NCBI GenBank assembly: GCA_002269645.1
Contig: NIVC01003352.1
Coordinates: 6,134 to 70,133 of the forward strand
Length of the DNA: 64,000 nt
Source: Macrostomum lignano
Lineage: Eukaryota
Reading direction: 5' to 3'
Shown here: positions 10,801-23,574 of the stretch, piece by piece
Position numbering within the stretch: position 1 is the first letter of the stretch
Layout: every line of letters starts with the position of its first letter
Translations under genes and position numbers: made by a program
The notes under the pieces: model-generated
What the model saw: only the letters and a program-made list of their open reading frames with translations
The model's database searches: none
What the model was told of the DNA's origin: nothing

Positions 10801-13800
10801 GGAGCATCTTGCATCATTTGCCGTCTTGTTCGCCAACAATATGTATTAAGCCCGAAAGGAAATGGCGCCCAGCTACCGGTCTGAGGGAATTTCGAATAGA
10901 AAAATCATTGTCCGCCCGCCAATACGAGGCCTCCGAGATCGCGTCCTGTCCTGTCTTGTCTTGTCTTGGCTTGTCTTGGCCTGTCCACCTTAATCCCTCG
11001 CTGGTGGGCTGGCACAGAAGCAGCAACAGCAGCACAGCAAGAGAAGGCAGCAGTTGGAGCAGCAGACGCCGCCACGGCCGCCGCCACCAAGTCCCGCCAG
11101 CAGACGAGGAGTCTCCTCCATCCCCCGTCTCCCCAGCAGAAAGTGGATGCCTAAAAGTATTAAAGAAAGAACACACACACACACAAACAGGCACGCACGA
11201 CTAAACGTCTAGTCTTGCTTTTCTGTATGTCGTCTGATCCTTTAGACTGTGGGGTGGGTGGGTGGTCCTGTCAGGCCCTTGGGGTGGGGCTCTTGCTAGG
11301 GCACGAATGGGGGTCCCGACTGCCTGGCCCCCTGCTACAAAGAAGCCCATTAATCACCCCGGGAAGTCCGCCTTTTTCAAGCCGGGGCGAAACGACGGTG
11401 CAGAGGATAACCTGCCCGGTCCATCCCCACACTGCTTTCCCAGATCCCACTTGTCAGTCAGGCAGTAAAGGCCAAATGTTCATGTAGGCATGACAATGGC
11501 CTGCTTTATCAACTGGACATTGGAGGTAGCTGAACCACCTGAATGCGCTCGGCAGCACAACTGAGAATTTTCAGAAATTTCACTGAGATTAAGGTTTCTT
11601 TAACACAATCTGCGGACACAATCTAGGCAAATCTGCAGACACAATCTTGACATAGCTGGAGACACAATCTTGACATAGCTGGAGACACAATCTTGACAAA
11701 TCTGCAGACACAATCTCGGCAAATCTGCAGACACAATCTCGGCAAATCTGCAGACACAATCTAGGCAAATCTGCAGGCACAATCTCGGCAAATCTGCAGA
11801 CACAATCTTGACAAATCTGCAGACACAATCTCGGCAAATCTGCAGACACAATCTCGGCAAATCTGCAGGCACAATCTCGGCAAATCTGCAGACACAATCT
11901 TGACAAATCTGCAGACACAATCTCGGCAAATCTGCAGACACAATCTTGACAAATCTGCAGACACAATCTTGACAAATCTGCAGACACAATCTTGACAAAT
12001 CTGCAGACACAATCTTGACAAATCTGCAGACACAATCTCGGCAAATCTGCAGACACAATCTTGACAAATCTGCAGACACAATCTAGGCAAATCTGCAGGC
12101 ACAATCTCGGCAAATCTGCAGACACAATCTCGGCAAATCTGCAGACACAATCTAGGCAAATCTGCAGACAATCTCGGCAAATCTGCAGACACAATCTAGG
12201 CAAATCTGCAGGCACAATCTCGGCAAATCTGCAGACACAATCTCGGCAAATCTGCAGACACAATCTTGACAAATCTGCAGACACAATCTCGGCATATCTG
12301 CAGACACAATCTCGGCAAATCTGCAGACACAATCTTGACAAATCTGCAGACACAATCTCGACACAGCCACAGACACAAGCTTAGCACAAGTCACAGACAC
12401 AAGCTTAGCACAAGTCACAGACACAAGCTTAGCACAAGTCACAGACAAGTTTAGCACAAGTCACAGACACAAGCTTAGCACAAGCCACAGACACAAGTTT
12501 AGCACAAGTCACAGACACAAGCTTAGCACAAGTCACAGACACAAGCTTAGCACAAGTCACAGACACAAGCTTAGCACAAGTCACAGACAAGTTTAGCACA
12601 AGCCACAGACACAAGTTTAGCACAAGTCACAGACACAAGCTTAGCACAAGTCACAGACACAAGCTTAGCACAAGTCAACCTGAAGCTATCAACCTGAAGC
12701 TATCAACCTGAAGCTATCAACCTGAAGCTATCAACCTGAAGCTATCAACCTGAAGCTATCAACCTGAAGCTATCAACCTGAAGCTATCAACCTGAAGCTA
12801 TCAACCTGAAGCTATCAACCTGAAGCTATCAACCTGAAGCTATCAACCTGAAGCTATCAACCTGAAGCTATCAACCTGAAGCTATCAACCTGAAGCTATC
12901 AACCTGAAGCTATCAACCTGAAGCTATCAACCTGAAGCTATCAACCTGAAGCTATCAACCTGAAGCTATCAACCTGAAGCTATCAACCTGAAGCTATCAA
13001 CCTGAAGCTATCAACCTGAAGCTATCAACCTGAAGCTATCAACCTGAAGCTATCAACCTGAAGCTATCAACCTGAAGCTATCAACCTGAAGCTATCAACC
13101 TGAAGCTATCAACCTGAAGCTATCAACCTGAAGCTATCAACCTGAAGCTATCAACCTGAAGCTATCAACCTGAAGCTATCAACCTGAAGCTATCAACCTG
13201 AAGCTATCAACCTGAAGCTATCAACCTGAAGCTATCAACCTGAAGCTATCAACCTGAAGCTATCAACCTGAAGCTATCAACCTGAAGCTATCAACCTGAA
13301 GCTATCAACCTGAAGCTATCAACCTGAAGCTATCAACCTGAAGCTATCAACCTGAAGCTATCAACCTGAAGCTATCAACCTGAAGCTATCAACCTGAAGC
13401 TATCAACCTGAAGCTATCAACCTGAAGCTATCAACCTGAAGCTATCAACCTGAAGCTATCAACCTGAAGCTATCAACCTGAAGCTATCAACCTGAAGCTA
13501 TCAACCTGAAGCTATCAACCTGAAGCTATCAACCTGAAGCTATCAACCTGAAGCTATCAACCTGAAGCTATCAACCTGAAGCTATCAACCTGAAGCTATC
13601 AACCTGAAGCTATCAACCTGAAGCTATCAACCTGAAGCTATCAACCTGAAGCTATCAACCTGAAGCTATCAACCTGAAGCTATCAACCTGAAGCTATCAA
13701 CCTGAAGCTATCAACCTGAAGCTATCAACCTGAAGCTATCAACCTGAAGCTATCAACCTGAAGCTATCAACCTGAAGCTATCAACCTGAAGCTATCAACC

Positions 13801-16800
13801 TGAAGCTATCAACCTGAAGCTATCAACCTGAAGCTATCAACCTGAAGTTATCAACCTGAAGCCCAGCGGAGCCCATTGCTCACACTCCATATCCGGGTGC
13901 AGCTGGTTCACCCCGCTGCTGCCAATGCTGTCGCCCGGGCTGCCAACGCCGACAATGTGCGACGTCGGCTGCTGTTGCGGCGACCTCTGCGTTGTCGACG
14001 ACGCGTCGACGAAATCTCCAGTGAGCAGCGCGTCAAAGTCGGCCCGACAGTAGATGCCGCCGTCATCGCGTCTAACGCCGAATTCTTCGCCTGGAACCAG
14101 CTGCCTCGCGCAGGCCTGGCAGCGGAAGCAGGTCACGTGATAGAGCCGGGACTGGGCGCGCATCACCGGCTCGGACTTGACCAGGGCGACGCTGCACTTG
14201 GCGCACCGGCTGCCGAACAGCCTGGAGAGGTGAGAGCGAGGCGAGCGGTTTGAGTGAGGGGGAGAGGGTAGGCAAAGGGAATGGAGATGATGCAGAGGAG
14301 AGGGCGGAGATGATGCAGAGGAGAGGGCGGAGATGATGCAGAGGAGAGGGCGGAGATGATGCAGAGGAGAGGGCGGAGATGATGCAGAGGAGAGGGCGGA
14401 GATGATGCAGAGGAGAGGGCGGAGATGATGCAGAGGAGAGGGCGGAGATGATACAGAGGAGAGGGCGGAGATGATGCAGAGGAGAGGGCGGAGATGATGC
14501 AGAGGAGAGGGCGGAGATGATGCAGAGGAGAGGGCGGAGATGATACAGAGGAGAGGGCGGAGATGATGCAGAGGAGAGGGCGGAGATGATGCAGAGGAGA
14601 GGGCGGAGATGATGCATCGGAGAGGTCGGAGATGATGCAGAGGAGAGGGCGGAGATGATGCAGAGGAGAGGGCGGAGATGATACAGAGGAGAGGGCGGAG
14701 ATGATGCAGAGGAGAGGGCCGAGATGATGCAGAGGAGAGGGCGGAGATGATGCATCGGAGAGGTCGGAGATGATGCAGAGGAGAGGGCGGAGATGATGCA
14801 GAGGAGAGGGCGGAGATGATGCAGAGGAGAGGGCGGAGATGATGCAGAGGAGAGGGCGGAGATGATGCAGAGGAGAGGGCGGAGATGATGCAGAGGAGAG
14901 GGCGGAGATGATGCAGAGGAGAGGGCGGAGATGATGCAGAGGAGAGGGCGGAGATGATGCAGAGGAGAGGGCGGAGATGATGCAGAGGAGAGGGCGGAGA
15001 TGATACAGAGGAGAGGGCGGAGATGATGCAGAGGAGAGGGCGGAGATGATGCAGAGGAGAGGGCGGAGATGATGCATCGGAGAGGTCGGAGATGATGCAG
15101 AGGAGAGGGCGGAGATGATGCAGAGGAGAGGGCGGAGATGATGCAGAGGAGAGGGCGGAGATGATGCAGAGGAGAGGGCGGAGATGATGCAGAGGAGAGG
15201 GCGGAGATGATGCATCGGAGAGGTCGGAGATGATGCAGAGGAGAGGGCGGAGATGATGCAGAGGAGAGGGCGGAGATGATGCAGAGGAGAGGGCGGAGAT
15301 GATGCAGAGGAGAGGGCGGAGATGATGCAGAGGAGAGGTCGGAGATGATGCAGAGGAGAGGGCGGAGATGATGCAGAGGAGAGGGCGGAGATGATGCAGA
15401 GGAGAGGGCGGAGATGATGCAGAGGAGAGGGCGCGGAGATGATGCAGAGGAGAGGGCGGAGATGATGCGGAGGAGAGGTCGGAGATGATGCGGAGGAGAG
15501 GGCGGAGATGATGCAGAGGAGAGGGCGGAGAGGATGCAGAGGAGAGGGCGGAGATGATGCAGAGGAGAGGGCGGAGATGATGCGGAGGAGAGGTCGGAGA
15601 TGATGCGGAGGAGAGGGCGGAGATGATGCAGAGGAGAGGGCGGAGATGATGCATCGGAGAGGTCGGAGATGATGCGGAGGAGAGGTCGGAGATGATGCAT
15701 CGGAGAGGTCGGAGATGATGCGGAGGAAAGACGATAAAAAAATCGTCTCTAAATTTTTCCCAATTAGCTCGTACTGAGAGAATTTTTAGTGAGACAGCAG
15801 GGAGACGGTGAAGGATGGGATAAAAGTAAACGGACATTCGATAGGGTATTTATCGTTCTGCGTTGTGAGATACGCGTTCATTTGAATAGAGATATCCACA
15901 ATCTACATGGACTTGGTGGTCCATGACTGGCGAGTCCAGGTCTACGTAGCAGAGGGCAGAGGCCCTTATCCACTTAAGACTTCCCCCTTTCCTATAAGGA
16001 GTTTGGCGCAGCGCATGAGGTAAGGGAGGCAGGCAGATGAGCCGGTCTGTAAGCTCGTGCATGTTCTCTCGTTTGTATGCCGCATGCCCCCCAGGAAGGC
16101 GGAAGCGTTTTTCAATGGCCCAGACTGTGTAGGGTCACCTCCGGTATTTCTGAGTACAGTTGCATGCTGCAGCTGGGTCTCCAAGATGCTTTTGCTCCAT
16201 CGTTTGGCAATTTTAGAGGAGAAAGCGAGTGTCCATTTTGTTTGCCTCACGGCATCGGGGCCTGGGGGATGCGTGGGCTGAAGGCGTGAAAAGTTTCTAA
16301 ACTATAAGATGGCTAAGCTCAGACTATATGCTCATGCTAATACCCGATGACTACTTATTGATCATGCTCATAATACCACATGAGTATTAATTGATCATGC
16401 TCATAATACCATATGACTATCAATGATCATGCTCATAATACCATATGACTATTTAATGACCATGCTCATAATACCATATGACTATTCAATGATCATGCTC
16501 ATAATATCAGATGACTATTCAATGATCATGCTCATAATACCAGATGACTATTCAATGATCATGCTCATAATACCAGATGACTATTCAATGATCATGCTCA
16601 TAATACCAGATGACTATTCAATGATCATGCTCATATTACCATGACTATTCAATGATCATGCTCATAATACCATATGACTATTCAATGATCATGCTCATAA
16701 TACCATATGACTATTTCAATGATCATGCTCATAATACCAGATGACTATTCAATGATCATGCTCATAATACCATATGACTATTCAATGACCATGCTCATAA

Positions 16801-17612
16801 TACCATATGACTATTCAATGATCATGCTCATAATACCAGATGACTATTCAATGATCATGCTCATAATACCAGATGACTATTCAATGATCATGCTCATAAT
16901 ACCAGATGACTATTCAATGATCATGCTCATAATACCAGATGACTATTCAATGATCATGCTCATAATACCAGATGACTATTCAATGATCATGCTCATAATA
17001 CCATATGACTATTCAATGATCATGCTCATAATACCATATGACTATTCAATGATCATGCTCATAATACCATATGACTATTTCAATGATCATGCTCATAATA
17101 CCAGATGACTATTCAATGATCATGCTCATAATACCAGATGACTATTCAATGATCATGCTCATATTACCATGACTATTCAATGATCATGCTCATAATACCA
17201 TATGACTATTCAATGATCATGCTCATAATACCATATGACTATTTCAATGATCATGCTCATAATACCAGATGACTATTCAATGATCATGCTCATAATACCA
17301 TATGACTATTCAATGATCATACCCATATTACCTGGCATAGTCCTCTCTGCAATAGGGTTTGCCATCGCGCACAAAGCAGGTCCTGAACTGGTTCAGCTCA
17401 GTAGAGCACTCGGTGCATTTCAAACAGCCGATGTGCCACTCCAGATCCGGCTGCACCCGAAGGATGTACGGGTCCGTGATGTCGCTGCCGCAGCCAGTGC
17501 AAACTGGCGGTCTCTGCTGCTGCTGATGCTGCTGCTGCATCCACCAGTGGCAACTGGAATTATTGTCATAGTCTCTATTGTCTTCAGATAAGTCCATTGT
17601 TCCCATAGTCAT
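7891..17612 (-). CDS. isl1: Islet-class LIM-homeobox transcription factor (LIM1, LIM2, homeodomain, LIM-binding domain); 1-nt frameshift in the homeobox
   Basis: complement(join(7891..8415,10377..10755,13884..14221,17332..17612)); phases 2/1/0 are consistent. LIM1 [33 protein letters not shown]; LIM2 [20 protein letters not shown]; homeodomain [24 protein letters not shown](P)[32 protein letters not shown]; C-terminal [13 protein letters not shown]...PW...QPLFQQLV is typical of Islet. Confidence 0.95.
8502..8790 (+). repeat. 30-bp minisatellite (same family as 4175-4310) in Islet intron 3
   Basis: Units GCTCAACTGCAGGT(G/A)AGGGACTCAGGATCT. Confidence 0.9.
9380..10317. repeat. 42-bp minisatellite in Islet intron 3
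   Basis: AATAGAATGGATTGCTAATCTAGCCAACATCACGGATGCAGG tandem; 14-aa period in the ORF track. Confidence 0.95.
11603..12361. repeat. 23-bp minisatellite in Islet intron 2
   Basis: GACACAATCT(CGG/TGA/AGG)CAAATCTGCA. Confidence 0.95.
12362..12677. repeat. 24-bp minisatellite in Islet intron 2
   Basis: CACAGACACAAGCTTAGCACAAGT. Confidence 0.93.
12678..13860. repeat. Homogeneous 14-bp minisatellite AACCTGAAGCTATC (~84 units)
   Basis: Near-perfect tandem array ending about 24 bp from the LIM2 exon donor. Confidence 0.97.
14281..15726. repeat. 23-bp minisatellite GGAGATGATGCAGAGGAGAGGGC in Islet intron 1
   Basis: Direct inspection; source of the spurious 350-666 aa ORFs. Confidence 0.96.
16330..17320. 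repeat. 33-bp minisatellite ATGATCATGCTCATAATACCA(G/T)ATGACTATTCA in Islet intron 1
   Basis: 11-aa period [11 protein letters not shown]; array ends about 10 bp from the exon 1 donor. Confidence 0.95.
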
Positions 17613-17691
17613 GACTGCAGCAAGTCTGGCTACAATACGAATGCGACCATTTATGCAGAAGATTAACCCCCGCCGCACACGAGCTCGCTAG

Positions 17692-17733
17692 TTATAAACG
17701 GGCTGATGCTCCAGCTCGTTTCTGATTGGCTGC
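17692..17733 (-). promoter_or_regulatory. Putative Islet core promoter (CCAAT box and TATA-like element)
   Basis: Minus strand GCAGCCAATCAG (17722-17733) and TTTATAA (17692-17698), 80-120 bp upstream of the ATG at 17612. Motif match only. Confidence 0.35.
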
Positions 17734-18714
17734 TAAGGCCCGCCAGTGCTCCACCAATGGAAGGGCCTAAGGAGAAGGCCTCTGCGAACTATAAGTCGCT
17801 TGCCTCTTAAACACTTGAACTGCTGCAATAGCTTGATTTCAATCAGGTTAGATGCATGAATAATATACTCAATGTGGCAGTGTTACACTGCAATATAAGT
17901 CTTCAAGTTCAATAGCTTGCTTCTCCCACTAAGGATTAAAATGGTATGATCCCAGGCTCAGTTGGCTCAATTTTTTAAGAAGTCAAGCATTCAATTTAAG
18001 ACAGATTCAACCCACTTTTTAGACGATTGTCTATGACCAAAGCCGTGCTTGTAGTTTTTTGTTCTTTCATCAGAGTAACTTTGTCCGAATTTAACTGCGC
18101 TGTCTGTGTCTTAACTTCAATGCCTATGGTGTTTTGACCATAGACGAAAGTAGCTCGTAGAAACATTGGTTGAATATGATTGGCAGTGTCTTGAAATGAA
18201 TGAAAGCCACAATTGGACTGACTGGTGTCCAGTTTAAAGTAAAACCTGTGATAGTCCCTTCCTCAATTAAGCTCTGCTCTGCGGGTGGTCTTTCCTCTCT
18301 TTTTGTTATGCCATACACTTTGTTACATTTCTTTTCCAGAGCTATTTTCTCCCAATCTTGACCTACACTGTTTTAATCCCAAATCCTAAGTGGCCCGCAC
18401 TTGATCCAGGTTCTGTATTAGTTATTTAAGTCAGCTGCAGTTTTGCTGTAGTGCAGAAGACAACTTCATGCTGACGGTAGACACATAAAAATGAGCGATA
18501 GACAGACTGAGAGTGAAAGAAAGAGAGGAGAGGTCATGAGATAAGATGTATAAAATCGAAGCGCCCACCAAAAATGATGCTGAGTCGATTGGACTTAAAA
18601 GTTAAGCGTCCATGCAGATTGATCAATATTAGCATGGAAGTAGAAACTTGATACGAGCGCATAACAAGGAACATGCAGAATTTTCGGCGTTGTGAAATTT
18701 CGGTCTAATTAAAT

Positions 18715-19570
18715 AGACAAATAGAGAAATAGAGAGAGAAAGAGAAAGAGATGGAGAGGGAGATGGAAAGGGGGATTGAATGAAAGAGAGATATAGAGAG
18801 GGGAGTGAAGGAAGGGATATATAGAGAGAGAGAGAGATAGAGAGAGGGAGATGGAGAGAGGAGATAGAGGATGAGGGAGATAGAGAGAGGGAGATAAAGG
18901 ATGAGGGAGATAGAGAGATGGAGGTAGAGAGAGGGAGATAGAGAGAGGGAGATAGAGAGAGGGAGATAGAGAGAGGGAGAAAGAGGATGAGGGAGATAGA
19001 GGATGAGGGAGATAGAGAGGGGTAGATAGAGAGAGAGAGGGAGATAAAGAGAGAGAGGAGATAGAGGATGAAGGAGATTGAGAGAGGGAGAGAGGATGAG
19101 GGAGATAGAGAGAGGGAGGGAGATAGAGAGAGGGAGATAAAGAGAGAGGGAGGGAGATAGAGAGAGGGAGATAGAGAGAGGGAGATAGAGAGGGGTAGAT
19201 AGAGGATGAGGGAGATAGAGAGAGGGAGGGAGATAGAGAGAGGGAGATAAAGAGAGAGGGAGGGAGATAGAGAGAGGGAGATAGAGAGAGGGAGATAGAG
19301 AGGGGTAGATAGAGGATGAGGGAGATAGAGAGAGGGAGATAGAGAGGGGTAGATAGAGAATGAGGGAGATAGAGAGGGGTAGATAGAGGATGAGGGAGAT
19401 AGAGAGGGGTAGATAGAGGATGAGGGAGATAGAGAAGGGTAGATAGAGGATGAGGGAGATAGAGAGGGGTAGATAGAGGGTGAGGGAGATAGAGAAGGGT
19501 AGATAGAGGATGAGGGAGAGAGAGAGAGGGAGATGGAGAGAGGGGGAAAGAGGGGGGAGATAGAGAGGCT
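18715..19570. repeat. GA-rich low-complexity / cryptic microsatellite
   Basis: GAGGGAGATAGAGA-type purine tract. Confidence 0.9.
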
Positions 19571-22527
19571 GGCGGAGGGAGCGGTGCTATCACATAGCAG
19601 ACCACATAAAGGTTAAAAACGCATCGGCATCAACCGTGCGATGAACTGACTGCAGACCCGCTAGCTCTGTGCACACACAGCTATGCCTCGGTAAAATTCG
19701 AGTTAGGCATTTCAAGGAAAAATATGGAGTCAGCTATAAGGCTGTATAGCTGTCCCCGGTGCAAGCCGGAGTCCTGATATCTGATGATACCTGGAGTTTC
19801 GGATCAGGAGGGGGTATAGGGGGGGGGGGGAGAGGTTGCCGATGAAACTGCTCCCGAACCCCTCCCCCCGCTGCTCCTGCTTGCTTTGAGCTCAGAGTCT
19901 GCAACCGGAAGGGAAGCGGGTGACAGATCTTCTGGTTTGATCGCGCTGGGGGCAGGGTTGGGGATCGAATGATGGGGGTTAGCTCTATGGTGTGTCTACA
20001 GACCATCTGCAGGATAAGCCTGCATGGGTGCAGTAGGGGTGGGGCCAAACCCCCTCTGACTCGGGAGTCGAAAAACTGAGAGGAAGTTTAATATTCAATC
20101 TTCACAGCATATCTATAGGCATATATATTACGTTGATTCGCGAAATTTCTTAGTATAATCTTTTGTGAAATTGTAAGAGAGTAAACAGTTAATAAAACAG
20201 TAATTCTACTGTAGAATAATGTCTGAAAATTCACTAGTAAATTGACATCCATAGAAAATTGACAGTCTTAATAATACGCTTAATCATCACAGGAGGGTTG
20301 CGCAACGATTTCGGGGATATGGTTCCACAACCAGCTCTGACGGAAATTCTGCCCATTCCGCAGACTCTCTGAGCACAGTCAAGCTACTCTGCCCCTGACA
20401 CATGTCAATTCATCGACACTGTCCATCATTTAAGAAAGTTGATTCAGAATAAAATACATGTAGGCTCCAAAACTTCGTGTTTCCAGGGAATCCTGTGAAA
20501 TAAATCCGGCACTCCAGCAAGGTAAGAGACTCAGACTGGAGCTTTTCCAACGACCCCAAGAGTCGACAAACTCTCCAGTCTGTTTGACTTTTTCTTCCTT
20601 TGCTTTCCCCTGTCTCTCCTCTCCCCTCCTCTCTTGTTTTCTGTTCGATTCGTTCGGTGCGATGGCAGGCCGTCGGCCCATGCAGCAGCTCAAGAGGAGC
20701 TCCAGGAGCTGTCCTGCCGCGCGTGTCCGGTCCGCGTCTACTCAGCTGGCCCGCCCTCGCCAGCTCAAACAAAACAAGGCCGTCGGGCCCTTCTAAAATA
20801 ATAAGACTATACAGCCGCATCTCTAAACATGAAGTGCGCAAGCCGAAACGAGAAGGGAACTCACTTCTTCCGGCTTGCGCTTCGAGCCCCCCCCCAACCC
20901 TTCTGTCTCTACTCCGACAGGAAGTTTGATTGTTGACCGAAGGATGCTGCGACACGACATCCAACGAAGTTTTCCTGGCTTGAATATTCGAGTAGTATAG
21001 AGAAGTTTTAAGACTGATTTTTTGAAGGGCCCAGCAGCGCAAGTTGGGAGATTTGTCTTAGGCAAACAGAGCGCAGAAGGCTAGGGAGGCCCGGCCCGTC
21101 CATGAGTTCAACTTCAATTTACTGATTTAAAGTTATTCTGTCGAATTTCCAGAACGGTCTGCTTTGGTTGCCAAGCCGGTCTCCAACAGAGTCGGGCCTG
21201 TAGTCAGGAAGTCTTCATTGTTTACTGTTGTTGCGGGTTACGCAAACGCAATCGAAAGCGCAGCGAGTTTGGCCGGCAGCAATTAATGATAATTGCCCAG
21301 ATGGAGGGAGATCTCGTCAGGAGGGGAAATGCGAGGGGAATATAAAACGCTGGCCATGCACCGGGTGTGGCCGGTTCACCTGGACTAAATAGGCTGCTTT
21401 TGCAGTCTGCGTCTCTCTCTGTGTGTTTCCTGCCCAGGAAGGCGGGCAGATGGAGCCGGCCTCGGATGGGTCAGCTCAGCAGAGGCGAGCTCCGAGGAAC
21501 AAGACTCCATATTGATGAAGCTGCCATAACTCCCTATCCGCCAGCATTGCGGATGCTGGGGGGGGGGTGGCTCTCTATCAACTGTCCAGGAAATGCTTGT
21601 CCGCCATTAAAGATGGCCGCTGCCGTCCCATCCATGCACAGCGGCGAGCAGTATTGAGGAAACCTCAATGTTCAGGCATAGATGGCTGTGGATTTGGGCC
21701 GGACGTTCAGGATGCTGGGAGCCTCATCGGGTGCGGTGCAAGGTTTGGTTATCGCGGTTACAGCCTCCTCACAACCCCCTCCCCATTCGGGATGACAAAG
21801 ATGACGCTTCGCGCCTTGAAAGGTGAAAGCTCTCTCTGTGTGGGAGGCTCTGACGAGCGTGTCAGTGAGAAAACAGTCGTCAGTCCCTCGCGCAGTCCAC
21901 GGTAGGAATTCCCCAGTTCTCCCATTATGTAATTTTAGCCTCAAGAAGCCTCACTAGCAGCGGCTGATGACACGCCCTGTCAAGCAGATTTAGAAACTTT
22001 CGAAGCCGGAATTTTTTTGTTTAACTGAACTGTTTAATGGCGCTATTGTGAATCATTTTTTGCTGCTCCGACCATGTGAAACTCGCAAAAAGAGAAAAAG
22101 AGAAAACAACGCACAATAATTTAAAGCCAAAAAAGCTTTTGTCTAATTAAATTTAGCTAATGGACTCCGCTTGGGCTGTGGGACATCCGTAGGAAAATAC
22201 CTGCAAAAAAGGAAAAAAGGAGAAAAGGTGTCCGCTAGAAGGTGAGACAGAGAGACAATCCTCATATCTTACTTTACTCTCCATGTCAGTGTCAAAATTA
22301 TTTGAGCTGAGTGCTTCCTGGCCTTTGAGTTGGCAATCGGTGACCGAAAGACTACAGAGCTTTCTTTTAAGCCAGCTTTGTGCAGGAATTAGGCGAATTA
22401 GTTTCGATTGGGAGATGCTTTGAGGCATAAAAAATTGCTGGGGCAAATGAGATGTGCGACCGTGTCGGGCAAACTCTAAGTTGGACGAGTGCTTTTTTTA
22501 CAACAGCTCAGTGAGAGTCTAAATACA

Positions 22528-22930
22528 CTGATATCTGAGTTTGGCGCCTAATTAATGAGCATCGAGGGCGCTGATATCTGAGTTTGGCGCCTAATTAATG
22601 AGCATCGAGGGCGCTGATATCTGAGTTTGGCGCCAATTTATTGAGCATCGAGGGCGCTGATATTTGAGCTTTGGCGCCAATTTATTGAGCATCGAGGGCG
22701 CTGATATTTGAGTTTTGGCGCCAATTTATTGAGCATCGAGGGCGCTGATATCTGAGTTTTGGCGCCAATTTATTGAGCATCGAGGGCGCTGATATTTGAG
22801 CTTTGGCGCCAATTTATTGAGCATCGAGGGCGCTGATATTTGAGCTTTTGCGCCGAATTAATGAGCATCGAGGGTGCTGTGCTGATATTTGAGCTTTGGC
22901 GCTAATTTATTGAGCATCGAGGGTGCTGAT
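22528..22930. repeat. 43/44-bp minisatellite
   Basis: CTGATAT(C/T)TGAG(T/C)TTTGGCGCC(TAATTAAT/AATTTATT)GAGCATCGAGGGCG units. Confidence 0.92.
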
Positions 22931-23574
22931 ATCACTGCACTATGCAGTCCATATTCTCCGTTTCAATCCCAGCATGCTGTCTTTGTATTCAATAAGGTCA
23001 AAGCCCCTTCGATCACGCTACATGACGTCACTTTTGTCACGTGAGACCCTGTGTAACTCAATGGGATCTCAACCTGACTGAACTTTACTGCACAAAACAA
23101 AGCGCAAAGAACCATAGACAGAGTTGTTCGAGAAAATGAATTAATTTTATTAAACTAATTACAATTTCCATTCAATAAACCCAATCAGCTTAAAGCATTT
23201 TAAATCAAATTTAACACAACGAGTCTGTAAGCAACGAAGTGTTTCGCGCCCTGCTTGAAATTCCTTAGTTGCAGTGAGGAGTTTGCTTTTTCTATTTGCT
23301 AAATAAAGTCTAACCCAGTGAAATAAAACTTCCTGAAATTTTCTTTGTCGACAAAGAAATCGCCTGATGATTTGTTTTTCTACCGGGGACAGATCTCTAC
23401 AAGGAATTGTGGCAACGTCTTGGTCACGCACTCTCCGGGTCTTCTACCTGAGGCTCGGCAGCTGCTGCAGAACTTCATTTAGTCTGTCCCCATGGCGCCC
23501 AGACTGGTGCAGGACCGGAGCAGCTGGTGCCACTGCCACCGTTCTGGCGTTCCACCAAAGGGCCAAGATGAAGG

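Noticed and set aside
13837-15837. Long ORFs of 350-666 aa
   Set aside because: They are translations of the 23-bp intronic array; only 13884-14221 (Islet LIM2 exon) is genuinely coding.
19600-22450. Short ORFs upstream of Islet
   Set aside because: No domain motifs or consistent splice structure; more likely non-coding or regulatory DNA.
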